Notes under the pieces: model-generated
The model's input: the letters and a program-made list of their open reading frames with translations, nothing else
What the model was told of the DNA's origin: nothing
The model's database searches: none
In this document: positions 39,341 through 52,955 of the stretch, piece by piece
Numbering within the stretch: position 1 is the stretch's first letter
Layout: the number at the start of each line of letters is the position of its first letter
Assembly: GCF_006345805.1 (NCBI RefSeq)
Contig: NC_043006.1
Location: 3,906,001-3,970,000 of the forward strand
DNA length: 64,000 nucleotides
Reading direction: 5' to 3'
Source of the DNA: Octopus sinensis
Taxonomy: Eukaryota
Position numbers and translations under genes: made by a program

Positions 39341-40366
39341 CGGGTTGTGCGATGTATGCAAGATGCTCCTAGCTCCGAACGGTTATTTAACAGATTTGTA
39401 TTACTCCGATGTTTTAAAATTTCATATGTTCACTAGAACAAAGTTGACAACCATCCCTACTATTTTTATAAGGCCGTACTTTTCTTACTATATCCCATTT
39501 CAGGTTGAATTCTATATTATTCGTTTTTAGTTCCCAAATTTTTCTAGACAATGTTGTGCAACTTGCTTTGTGTTTGAGCCTAAAGGAAGAAAAATGATTG
39601 TTTAAACGTTTTTTTTAATCTACCGAACAAACGAAATAAAGATAGTTGTTATTTGAAGTTATTATTGTACATTTATAAATCACATTTTGGACCGAACAAA
39701 GGCCAGATACCGGACATTTCGATCTAATCCTACAATTACAACTGGGGGGGGGGGTAATTTCCAGTACTAGTATCATTTAAGGACAGTTCAATTTCATTTC
39801 TGTTATTTGAGTTGTTATTAGTAATAGTGTTATTTTCTTTAATAGTAGTTACATTGTTATGCAAACTGGGGTTACTAGTTATTAATCCATCCACATTATC
39901 ATCACCTACTACACTTTTATCTATACTACCTATATTATTGATGTTGTTATTATCACTATTTGTATTAATGTTGATATTATTATTATTATCATCACCATTA
40001 TTAATATTATTATCATTACTATTATTATTATTATTATTATTATTGCTATTTTTATTATTATTTCTATTATTGTTGTTGTTACTATTCATTCTATCCCTAG
40101 CTAACTTAATATTTTTGCTATTAAGTCTAGCTACAAGATCTTTCGTTGTTTATAAATGGGAGAGAGATAGATAGAGAAAGATAGAGAGTAAGAGAAAGCG
40201 AGGGAGAGTCCGAGAGAAAGGAAGAGTAAGAGAGTGGGAAAGGGAGAGAGAAAGGAGAGAGAAACAAAGAGGGAGAATGTGGTGATAAAAAACAGAAAGG
40301 AAGTAACAGAAAGTAACAACCACACTCTTACCCGCGCGTAGAGCGGGTCAGCTTAAGCTAGTATAT

Positions 40367-40439
<73 letters not shown>

Positions 40440-40475
40440 TTATATATATATATTATAATATATATATATATATAC

Positions 40476-40712
40476 AAACAATTGCAGTGTGGAAGGTGTT
40501 TGTAAGCCTTTTAAGAAACACATTTAATTTGTCAAAATATTTTCGTCGCTTTGAGACCGCGACCTGTTCACTAACAAATTAAATTTAAATGTTGAAGCGA
40601 ATCTACCGGTTTTTGTGTGTTTCTTAAATGGCTTATAAACATCTTCCACGCTGCAACTGTTTTTGCTCCAGCACACGATCTCAGATCTGGTCCCTTGCTA
40701 TGCAAGTACATC
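40476..40712. mobile_element. Fold-back pLTR-like element with 47-bp inverted arms (40476-40522 / 40616-40662)
   Basis: Arms align by eye; homologous to 50813-51250. Confidence 0.8.
40526..40580 (-). ncRNA. Minimal HHR-like motif, G3:C8 variant
   Basis: aatttgtta GTGAACA G GTCGC-ggtctcaaa-GCGAC GAAA ATAT T T tgacaaatt. Confidence 0.7.
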
Positions 40713-40716
40713 TCCG

Positions 40717-40758
<42 letters not shown>

Positions 40759-40767
40759 TATATATAT

Positions 40768-40808
<41 letters not shown>

Positions 40809-41362
40809 CATATACATATATATACACACTCATACATATAATATGCATATGTGTTTGTGTGTAGGTATGCATGTATTCACCAGACCTCATCGTGCAAAGT
40901 GCAACTTTTGTATTTTTAAAAGGTCACCCACAGACCTAAAGAAAGAGGAAGTTATAAGTTCGTCAGGGCATTGTGACTGAGATGGTGAATAAATGCCATG
41001 TTTTGGGGCAAGAATGTAGTTCGGTGAGAGGGATTTGTGTTTTAACTGTGAACCTTGGATTCGTACCTAAAGTATTGCTTTATAAAATTTGTCTTTAATA
41101 ATATGTGAAAATAGATTGTTTTGGCGTTAAACAGACAATATTTTTTGAAGGATTATCATTATCATCATCACCGTCATCAGCATCATTGCTCTTTTTTTTT
41201 TTCTTCTATTTGTTTCAGTCATAAGACAGCGACCATGTTGGAGCACCATCTTAGTCGAGCAAATCGGCCCTAAGACTTATTCTTTGTAAGCCTAGTACTT
41301 ATTTCATCGGTGTCATTTGCCGAACCGCTAAGACATACATATACATACATACATACATACAT

Positions 41363-41493
<131 letters not shown>

Positions 41494-41508
41494 TACATAC
41501 ATACATAC

Positions 41509-41541
<33 letters not shown>

Positions 41542-41642
41542 ACCAATACAGATAAAGTGTGAAATATAATTAAACTAATAAAATCAACAAATTTCACCAA
41601 GTAGTTTTTCGGTATGGAAAAGGACCATATTCGGTAAAAGTT

Positions 41643-41852
41643 TATATAATTATAACAATGAGGGTCTTTGCAACAAGTTGCTAGACCACATACCGATAGT
41701 ATTAGAAATAGCAGCTAGACGAATGTTATTTCTTTTACTACCAAAATACTTTAGTAGTAAAAGAAATAACATTCGTCTGGCTGCTATTTTTAATACTTTC
41801 GGTATGTGGTCTAGCGACCTGTTGCAAAGACCCTCATTGTTATAATTATATA
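41643..41852. repeat. Long palindrome, ~99-bp arms, 12-nt loop
   Basis: 41643-41741 versus 41754-41852, about 5 mismatches. Confidence 0.92.
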
Positions 41853-42141
41853 TATATATATATTATATATAATATATATATATATATATATTAGAAGAAA
41901 TGAGGTACTCAGAAATTCGGATGGTTTTATATTTACAGATATTTATTTGTATATTACATGTTTATATACATCATATAACTTAGATCATGTATTAGTGCAT
42001 TCTCCCATTCTAGTGGGGTTTTCAAATCGAACTAAGTTCCTGTGTGAAAAGTTTTGACCATTTTATAGTGTTATTGAGTTTGTAGTGGTGGGGAGGGATA
42101 TAAGACAGTACAAGAGGGTGATGGATGAGGAGAAATATATA

Positions 42142-42196
<55 letters not shown>

Positions 42197-42254
42197 ATCC
42201 ATCACCCTCTGTACTGTCTTATATTCCTCCCCACCATTATTATTGCCCATAATA

Positions 42255-42292
<38 letters not shown>

Positions 42293-42374
42293 TATATATA
42301 TAATATATATACATACATGCATACAAACATATGTATATATAATATTATATATATGTATACACACACACACACAC

Positions 42375-42540
42375 ATATACGACGGGCTTCTTTCAGTTTC
42401 CATCTTCCAAATCCACTCACAAGGCATTGGTCGGCCCGAGGCTATAGTAGAAAACACTTGCCCATAGTGCCGCGCAGTGGGACTGAACCCGGGACCATGT
42501 GGTTTGTAAGCAAGCTACTTACCACATAGCCGCTCTCACA
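42375..42540 (-). mobile_element. tRNA-derived SINE family C
   Basis: Reverse complement of the 31592-31755 family. Confidence 0.8.
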
Positions 42541-42778
42541 GCATTATTATTAATATTTTTTTGCACAGAAGGTTTGGTTGGAGGAATGTTTCAAAGAGAA
42601 ACTATTTATGATGCACCTCGCCCATCTAGATAGGAAATTAACATTGATAGTTGATTGATAGGACCCGAGAGTATGGCAATTCATATCATTCTTGGAATAC
42701 ACGGAATCATTCAGAAGAAAATAAGAATACATATGTATACGTAAGTCTTTGTGAGTTTCTGCATGCATGTGTGTAGAC

Positions 42779-42828
<50 letters not shown>

Positions 42829-43585
42829 CTATACATACATGTTTAGAGAAAGAGTGTTGTGCCAACGACACAGCATTTGCCTTCAGATACACATGTGCGC
42901 GCGCACACACACACACACACACATACATATGTTAAAGTCTCTACGTTTATAGAAGCAGAGTGGAGATGTATATATGGCTGGGTGTGTGTATGAATGTATG
43001 TATGTATAAATATATATATGCATATATATACATATATATAATATATAGTATTATATATATACGTATATATATAATACTATTATATATGTATACGTATATA
43101 TAATATATGTATATATATATATGGATATATATATATATATATATACATACGTATATATATGTATATTCACATATACATACATACATGTATACACGCATAC
43201 ATACGCACAAGCACGCACCGTGCCCATGTTTAGTATATTTACGTGAGTCGCTGAACTAGATGAGACAGGCGGAGTGAAGGGGCACCGTGTACCGATGCAG
43301 ACATAAGACTGGTATTAATGTACAAACATTTCTGGACACTGAAGTATTGAGCTTAACTTGTCTCTTGGATCTCTCGTGCACATGATGCGGGGATAAAACC
43401 CCACCGCACCAGCACTTTATATACTTGTTCGAATTGATAGAGACTCGCACAGACACATGCATAACGACATACATACCTATACATACATACATACATACAT
43501 ACATACATACATACATACATACATACATACGTACGTACATACATACATACATACATACATACACACATATACACATACCCACACT

Positions 43586-43800
43586 TACGAGGAGGTGTTG
43601 AAAAGTTCTTGGTTTTAAGGGTATTGCGATGGGCCTGGTTTGAGTCCCAAACTTCTGAGTTCTTTTACAGGCCTTAGAAAAACTGAAAGACTGCTGCAAT
43701 GAATGAGTGAATCTGAGAAGGGAACACGTTGAATAAAATCATTATCAACTCTTTCTCCTGTACTTTCTTTTACCCAAAGCCAGGAACTGTTCATATATGT
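43586..43800. mobile_element. Mariner-type MITE
   Basis: ta-cgaggaggtgttgaaaagttcttggtttt and aaagccaggaactgttca inverted ends. Confidence 0.55.
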
Positions 43801-44392
43801 AAATATATATATGGAACATCATGTGTATGAGTGTGTGTGCGTGTGTTTGTGTGTGTTGTGTGTGTGTGTTCGCATACATACATGCATACGTACATAGAGA
43901 GAGGGAGAGAGAAAGCAGGATAAAGAGAGACATCTTAAAGAAACAATTCTACGGCATTCCAATCTGAGTTTCTTCCAGACTCACATATAAACAATACATT
44001 ATGATACATGTTGGGTTTATTCTACAAGCATCAGAAAATCTTCAGCACTAACAAATTGAAAAAGTTCTGAAATACACTTGAATATTCTTCGCACGCAATG
44101 GAGTTTCACATAACTATAACACTTCTTGGCAATGTTACTACACAGACCAGTCGCATACCGCTTTTCTACCAACACTAAATTTGCTTTGTTCTTCCGAATA
44201 ATTCCAACTGAACTGCATTATGCATCCGTCTTTCCTACCCATTAAGTATGCTTCTTAAACGCGTTGCCGAGCCTCTTTTCTGGGTTTCACTGCGTTACAC
44301 ATTGGGGTAGTATCTTCTATTCAAGCGCCCGGGAAGACAAAAGTCTTGTGAGTGGGGTTTGATAGATGGAAACTGAAAGAAGACCGTCGTAT

Positions 44393-44465
<73 letters not shown>

Positions 44466-44626
44466 TACACTGACAGACAGGCATACAGACATAGAGGTAG
44501 ACAGACAGACAGGCATACAAACAGACATACAGGCAAACAGCCAGGCAGACACACAGACAGATAGATTGTTTGTATTAATGATGAAGCTGTTTGCCTAGCG
44601 TCTTGAGTTTCCGCCAGTACGATCAT

Positions 44627-44667
<41 letters not shown>

Positions 44668-45019
44668 TGCATATGTCTGTGTGTGAGAGTACGTGTGTGT
44701 GTCTTAATTACGCTTGTTATTGTCCCCCGCTACTGCTTGACAACCGGTGTTACTTACGTCCCCGTAAATTAAAGAAGTCTCGGCAAAAACAGAAAAATAC
44801 CAACAGAATAAGGAACAGGCTTTAAAAACGGTTCTGGGGTCGATTTGCTCGACGAACCAATCCAAGACAGTGCCCAAGCATTGGAACAAGTAAAACGGTA
44901 AAAAGTGAAAAAATGATAAAAAAAAAAACAGGATACACAACTTGCAATAATTCAAACTCAATATCGGTGTGAATATCTTGGCACAAGATCAGCGATTTTG
45001 TGAGAAGGGCCAAGTCGTT

Positions 45020-45632
45020 TACATCGATCCCCAGGGTTCAGCAGGTAGTATTTTATCGATTCCGAAAGGAAACAAGGCAAAGTCAGCCTCAGTGGATCTT
45101 AAACTTACACCGTTAATTCGGACGAAATGCCTATTTCTTTACTAGCCACAAGGGCTAAACACAGAGAGGGAAAACAAGGACAGACAAACAGATTAAGTCG
45201 ATTATATCAACCCCAGTGCGTAACTGGTACTTATTTGATTTATTTCTCTACTACCCTCAAGGGGCTAAACACAGAGGGCACAAACAAGGACAGACAAAGG
45301 GATTAAGTCGATTACATCAACACCAGTGCGTAACTGGTACTTAATTTATCGACCCCCGAAAGGATATAAGGCAAAGTTGACCTCGGCGGAATTTGAAATC
45401 AGAACGTAGCTGCAGACGAAATACCTATTCCTTTACTACCCACAAGGGGCTAAACACAGAAGGGACAAACAAGGACAGACAAACGGATTAAGTCGATTAC
45501 TTATTTAATCGACCCCGAAAGGATGAAAGGCAAAGCCGACCTCGGCGGAATTTGAACTCAGAACGTAGCGGCAGACGAAATACTGCTGAGCATTTCGCCC
45601 GGCGTGCTAACCATTCTGCCAGCTCGCCGCCT
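45020..45632 (-). mobile_element. Head-to-tail multimer of SINE family A
   Basis: Head at ~45632; repeated tail units; same junction as the 22-kb array at ~45423 and ~45130. Confidence 0.85.
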
Positions 45633-46215
45633 TCTGCAAATTCAATATCAACAGCAATGGCCACGCCCCTATTTTCACGGCCTTTCAGACCTTAATAAGA
45701 CAAGGATTGTTCTTCCTTCGTTTTACGTTAAGAAAAACATGAAATCAAAAGATTTTCAAAAGCAATTTATCTCTAATTTGCTTTCTTTCATTTCGTTTCA
45801 CTAATTATCTTTTCCTTTCCGTTAAAATACTGGGAATTCCATTTTCTTTTTCCCTTCCTTTTCTTTTCTTTTGTTTTTTTGTAATTCTTATCTTTTCGTT
45901 CTCATATTCAGGATGTTATCAAAATATACATCACACTCAAAATTAGACGCATACAGATCGAATATATATACATCCGCACATACGTAGTTCTTCCTTGATC
46001 TCTAGCTTTATCAGCGTGCGTGCCTCTGTATGCAAATATACACATACACACACACGCACGCATGCACGCATGCACACACACACACACACACAACACACAC
46101 ACACACAGACTTGTATATATATATATGTACAAATGTTTATAAGTATACATATATTTACATATATATGCACACATATTTCTTTCTCTCTCTATCTGTCTAT
46201 TCATCTATCTATCTA

Positions 46216-46266
<51 letters not shown>

Positions 46267-46287
46267 ATATATATATATAATATATAA

Positions 46288-46327
<40 letters not shown>

Positions 46328-46927
46328 CAGATGCATATATATATGTATGCGTGCGTGTATGTTAATTGTATACATATCTATTGTGTGAGTGTGTATCTGT
46401 GTGTGTGTGTGTGTGTTGTGTGTGTTGTGTGTCTGTATGTGTGTGTGTCTGTGTGTGCAGCTATCTCTAAGTAGGTAGGTGTCATCTTCATTTATCTCCT
46501 TATTTGCATTAGTAAACCTGTAGTGGTATTCTATATTCAAATAGAGTTCTTGCCGACAGCAATAATAGATTTGACATTAACTGCTGCCGGGATAGACGTA
46601 ACTAATCAATAGATACGATTCGTTTAGATTATTTATCTGCATATACTTATATTGCTATTTTATTTACGTATTTATATATTTCAGATTTCTTATGGCTTAT
46701 TTTCCGACTCTTTTATTCTGCGTTTATTTTCGATTCCACATTTTATTTATTTATTTATTCGTTCATTCGTTCGTTCATCTATTTTATTCGAACCAAGGTA
46801 TTTGGAAAGCATGGTTACGCATTTCATTGTTTATATGAAATCTATTTGTTTATGAATGTACGCAGGTATGTATGCGTATATTCATATTTGTTTGTAAGTA
46901 TGTATACACACACAGACACACACACGC

Positions 46928-46973
<46 letters not shown>

Positions 46974-47129
46974 GTATATCTATATATGCATGTATATGTA
47001 TATATATATATGTTTGTAAGCATATATACAAAGATATATGTTCGTATATATTTATGAATATGTATATATACGTATGTATTTGTATATATGTATATATATA
47101 TACACACATACATATATACATATATATAT

Positions 47130-47176
<47 letters not shown>

Positions 47177-47952
47177 TATGTATATATATATATATATGCG
47201 TATATGATATATATGTATGTATATGTATATGATATATACATATATGTATATGTATATGAATATATATGCATATCTTTATGTATGTATGTATGTATGTATG
47301 TAAGCATGCATGTATGTGTGCTTGTATGCATGTGCGTATAATCATTGAGGGAAGCGAGAAGTTCGTGTTGATTGGTCGTGTAATGACAACAGGATCCTTA
47401 AGGGCATCATCCACTCCTTTCACTTGGATTGTGATGTTTTTTCGAACTGGCATAATAACATCAGCAGACAAGGATGACGGCGAAAGAGGGACAGTGAAGG
47501 CGGTGGAGATGAAACGGAAGGGATGTAGGGATCTGGGGGGAATGGAGTGGGTGTGTGAAAATGCAAAAGCGAAAGCAAAACTGCAGCCCAACCTGCAAGC
47601 ATCTGTGCGTTGCATGTGTGATATTAATATACTATTATCTCTGTGAGCCTTGTCGGACACATGCAGATACAGGTGTATGTGTGTGTGGTGTGATATGTGT
47701 GAGAGAAAGAGAGAGAGAGGAGGAGAGAGAAAGAAGGGAGGGAGATAAAGGGAGCGTGAAGGGTGTGTCTGTGTTTATGTGTGCACACGTGTCTGTCAAT
47801 AGGTGTATACACGTGTGTGTGTGTATAAAATTATATGAAAATATGTGTGCAAACATATTTTTATATCTGTACCTGTACGTAGACAGAGTGCCAGCCAGAC
47901 AGACAGAGTGCAAGCCAGACAGACAGAGTGCCAGCCAGACAGACAGACAGAC

Positions 47953-48036
<84 letters not shown>

Positions 48037-48037
48037 G

Positions 48038-48114
<77 letters not shown>

Positions 48115-48364
48115 GGCTGTAATAATGTGATAGAGTATATGCAAAGGTAAATATATATTAACTCTCTATATATTTGTGTTATGCAATATGCATTGATTAC
48201 TGTCGAGTAATGAGCCAACTTCGTGTATATATATATATACACGCGTGCCGCCATATATATACATAGTTCAAATTTACAGAAAACAAAATCCGAAGACAGA
48301 TGAGAGAACAACAAACAGGTGTATTAGTTCGATCCTAGGATGCATGTGTGTGTGTGTGTGTGTG

Positions 48365-48600
48365 TGTAGTTGAAAATATGTGGAAAACATAAAAACTGAA
48401 AGAGAAACGCCTTCGTTTCCCATAGTTTAATATCTTTTTATAAAGAATTTTGTTTTAATATATATCTACATATTTTATGGATGTCGTAATATCCAACCGG
48501 TTTGCGCTATTTAAATTAGTTTTTCAAGGGACATTGTGAAGTAATCAATTCTTGTGACAAAGTGGTCTCACCATCTTGGATGCTTGAAAAGTAAGGATGG
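48365..48600 (-). mobile_element. Solo PLE 3' pLTR fragment with HHR-like remnant (48489-48534)
   Basis: Reverse complement aligns with 57360-57590; atgtccc TTGAAAA acta-atttaaa-tagc GCAAA CCGG TT ggatat. Confidence 0.7.
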
Positions 48601-48749
48601 GTATAAAATACGTATGTATGTATATTTATATGTGTGTGTGCGCGTGTGTGTCGTATGTTAGTTTTGTATTGTGTTAAAGAACCTCCCCAATCCTAGACAC
48701 CAGTATCTAGGCTTTATCTAAGTTTTATAAGATCATTCATGAGAATAAC

Positions 48750-49600
48750 CAATATCAATGGGAATGATCATCACAGACCGTGAATCCACAAACATTTTCC
48801 ACTTTACGAGGACAACTCGGAATTACGAGACTAAAATAAAAAAAATCACTGTCAAATATGTATCCCCATCATCAGCCATCAAACATATATCATTATGGTT
48901 TCGACACCTGGGCAGTGACATTCAATCCGTTAATGTCAAAAGTATTAAATATATAAATGCTGTCTAAGAGCCAATAGTAGTCAACAGGAGCAAAACGTTA
49001 GCATAGTACATCCATTGCACCAATACTAGATGTTAGAGTATCAGAGTAAAGAATTAGTATTAACTCATAGTTAAAAAAGTGTACATATACAACAAAGAAT
49101 TTACACAGAAAAAGGACATCATGATGCTAAAAATTAATACAAAGGCAAAAGCGAACTAAACATCTAAAGGAACAAAATACTACTCAAACTCCTATACTTT
49201 ACATGACAACACCAACCCAAGGAACAGCAAACCAAAAACTTAAAACATACAAACTTTACAACGAATATAGACTACTAAGTAAGTTATTTATCAATCTATG
49301 TCACATCACAAACATGATACGACACCCAAAACAAGCCTAATGAAAACTAGTGGAACACTATATCTCAGAACCAACGTCCTTGAACAATGCATATGGAAAT
49401 AGGCAAGCATAGATCAATATCTCTATACTTTCAGTATTATAAAGTAAAATAACCAAGAAATTGATAGTTAAAACTAAAAAGTGAAAGCAGAAAATATAAA
49501 ACTAAAAATGAAATATAATGAATTAGAAGAGAATTGGAATTAAATTAGAAAAGCTATGTATAAAAAATTAATATAACGACAATAAGACTATTATATTATA
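48750..49600 (+). mobile_element. Possible decayed LINE fragment
   Basis: A-rich strand bias and FRHLGSDI resembling the RT F.YLGS motif; weak. Confidence 0.3.
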
Positions 49601-49862
49601 CTAGCAGAAAGACTGCCCCCCCCCCCCGACGGTTTTCTACTAGTCCGATGATAATATTTTCACATTTGATTCCCAATTCTAATGATTTTATATTTTACGT
49701 TTAATTATTTCGTTGTATAATAGTGCTCACTTGCTTAGTAAATATTGCTTCCATTATTTCATCACAGTCATAATCTCTCACTTTTAAACAAACATCACGG
49801 TAGTCCAACAACAGAGGGGAAAGCAGAGGTTTCAATTCAGCAGCCCTTCTGTAAGCTTTGCA

Positions 49863-49936
<74 letters not shown>

Positions 49937-50812
49937 AGGGAGAACATTGCAAACAATGAACGAAATAAACATGAAATGAAAAAATCGTATAAATAAAAGG
50001 GCATTACAATAGATGTATGCGACCCCCGACTTTGTTGCCTCATAATATCCAGAAAAATGGATACTTTTTAACAAAATTTTCTACAAATACCGCTTAGACG
50101 TTGTGGTTTCAGAGTATATAGGGATTTATAGGAAAGAATTTTTCCAAGAGGGTGGAGAGAGGAATTTCCGAAAATTCCACAATATCTGACTTTTTTCCCT
50201 CATAACTTTGAGGAAGATATCTTTTAATGTACCTTTAATGAAAATTTATACAAATCCCTTTCAAACGGCGCAGATTATGATTATTAAAAAATGCGTGCAA
50301 AAAATTTTTTTCAGGGATTTTCCTCTTTTTTTTTTTTTTAAACCCCACCCTTCGAAATGATGGGGTTAGGCGGAGGGTAACTTTGTATGAAAAACGTTTT
50401 GAAAACTCTTTTTTTACCCCCCCTCCCTCATCATCCCATTACGGACTATTTTGGCTAATTTTTTTTTGTACTTCAAAACCATGGGAAGAGCATTTTCGGT
50501 AAATTCTTTTTTTAATTATTAATATTTTCAGAGGGAAAATTGAGTGATTTAAGGGCGATTTGGCTGTTGTTTCTAGCACATACAAAGACAACCCACCTCG
50601 TTTCTTCATCACTCTCGCATGTATTGATGTTTTTCAATATTTCTTCTTCATAAATACATTCATATGCTTTAAAAAAGGAAATTTAGGAAATCATAAATTT
50701 TTTGCAGCCCTACTCCCTGCCCACGATTGTTTCTGTTTAGAAATTAAAATATTAGAGAGCCGGAGAAGGTCTTTGCTGGAATTTATCCACAGTGATTTAA
50801 AAAATTACGGAT

Positions 50813-51250
50813 ATGTACTTGCATAGCAAGTAACTTGAGAGCGTGTGCTGAAACAAAAACAATTGCAGTGTAGATGTTTGTAAGACATTCATGAACACAC
50901 AAAAACCGTTAGTTTCACGGCAGTACTTAAATACAGAAGTCCCGATGCATCTACGTAACGACATGAAGAGGTGGGTTAGTTTTAGGGTTAGCTTTTAGGG
51001 TTAAGGTTAGGGTTAGTTTTAAGGTTAGTTAGGGTTAGGGTGTCATTACACATCTACACAGCGTACATTTAAAATGTTTTGTACGTAAAAACAATACTTA
51101 AGTAGTACTTCTGTATTTAAGTAGTATCAGTTTCACTTCAACATTAAAATTTCATTTGTGTCAAAATATTTTCGTCGCTTTGAGACCGCGACCTGTACAC
51201 TGACAAAACTTCACAAAATAATGTGGCACGAAGTTTTGTCAGTGAACAGC
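50813..51250 (-). mobile_element. Second copy of the G3:C8 HHR-bearing repeat, interrupted by a MITE
   Basis: Homology to 40530-40712; motif at 51159-51205: tgtca GTGTACA G GTCGC..GCGAC GAAA ATAT TT tgaca. Confidence 0.8.
50919..51128. mobile_element. 210-bp MITE with 8-bp TSD and internal degenerate (TTAGGG)n
   Basis: TSD agtttcac at 50911-50918 and 51129-51136; TIR core tacttaaatacagaagt at both ends. Confidence 0.88.
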
Positions 51251-51332
51251 TCACACACACACACACACACACACATTCATTGCCTTTCATTTGTGTGTAT
51301 GTCCATCTATGTGTGTGTACGATTGTGTATTG

Positions 51333-51371
<39 letters not shown>

Positions 51372-52579
51372 GAAGTTGAAGATACACTTGGGTGTCTGTA
51401 TGAGGATTTATTTACATTTGCTTAACTACTTCCATAATTTCAGTTTTTACAGAAGTTTTATAATCTGGAACTCTCTGAAACTCTAGCATATGTGTCTCGA
51501 ACCGTATGTGACTCCTAGACAAATTAGAGCTCAGCTTGCAATCAGTTAAGGTACAATTTGATTGGTTGAAGATAGTTACCAGGTCAGGCATAGAATTTCG
51601 CTCGACTTCTTGACTCCTGCATATTGGGCTCCGCAGACTATATTAACGATAACTGCGTCAAAAGGTAAGGTTGTGAATAAACCGCGTGACAGTATGAATA
51701 CCAGTTGTGCGTTATGTTGCGTATTTTAGATCAAATGATAGCCTGAGCGATAATTTCACCAAAAGTCAAGGTTGTGTTAATTTAGTGAATGTCTCATGTG
51801 ACTGTATCGACAATAAGTTTTCAAAATAGCTATGAAAGTAGGGATTAGGCTGCTTTCTTCTATGCAAGTAAAACGTTTATATATCATATACGAAGGGTTA
51901 AATAGCTTTTCATTACGTTTTTATTTGACATTTCTGATACTGCACGCTATGGTATAAATAATGGGATTTTTTCCTGAATGAGATAAGGCACATTGTTGCT
52001 CTACCTCAGAAAGATATCCTGCATTTAAATGTATTGGTTGACACTGTCCAGGGGACTTTGTCACGTTTATGTCTTACTTTCTACTTGTCTTAGTCAGTGA
52101 ACTGCTGGCATGTCGGGTCACAACCTTGAAGGATTTTGTTGGACAAAGTTTAATACTCTTTCTATTGGTTTCTTTTACCGAACAGCTAATGTAAAAGAAG
52201 AACCCAAGATCACCTAGGAAAAATATTTGGAATCGTTTACAGTTCTATGATCGTCTGCAGTTTTGCTCTTATCATAGAAACTGGGTGGAACATCCATTTT
52301 ATCAACTTTTATTCTCCCTTTGCTCATTGTTCATCAATCTCAAAATGCAATCCTAAGTACGCACTTTTAATGTCTATCCATCATGATACATGGTGGTGGC
52401 ATTTCTGCAGAGAGAGAAGAGCAGATATTTAAATAATGTCTCCGAGTACATTAATATACTCCAAAACCTCACCATCCATTTTTGCACTGTATTCTTAGAG
52501 ACTGCAGTACCTTATCTATCATGCTGCAAAATGTATAAATGTGTGTTTAAGAACTACTGATATTATTCTAATTAATTAA

Positions 52580-52795
52580 GGTAGCGGGCTGGCACAATTG
52601 TTAGCACTCCGAACAAACTTCTCAGTGGTTGTTTCTTCTGGCTCTTTACGCTTTGTATTCAACTCCCGCCGAAGTCGACTTTGCCTTTCATTGTTTCGTG
52701 GTCGCTAAAGTAAGTACCAGCTGAGCCCTGGGGTCTATGTAATGGTCTGAATACCTCCTGCAAAATTTCAGACTTTGTACCTATTGTAGAAAGGG
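52580..52795 (+). mobile_element. tRNA-derived SINE family A (diverged)
   Basis: gggctggcacaattgttagc head; gaagtcgactttgcctttca body. Confidence 0.7.
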
Positions 52796-52955
52796 TGTCA
52801 TTTTACGGGATAAATTCGCCATGATCATCCTGTTATCTAAGCATCATAGAAAGCCATGGTGTCATATAAAAGAGGAAATCGCAGCCTGTAATGATTCAAT
52901 AATTACATATTTAAAACAGTGGTTATTGCAGCTTGTATTTAGACAGACTAAGATA

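Noticed and set aside
41590-41640. HHR-like motif beside the palindrome (minus strand)
   Set aside because: Helices I and II are plausible, but the core is two bases short and helix III is not palindromic
50973-51040. Telomere or chromosome-fusion relic
   Set aside because: Short, degenerate and enclosed in a MITE with TIRs and TSD
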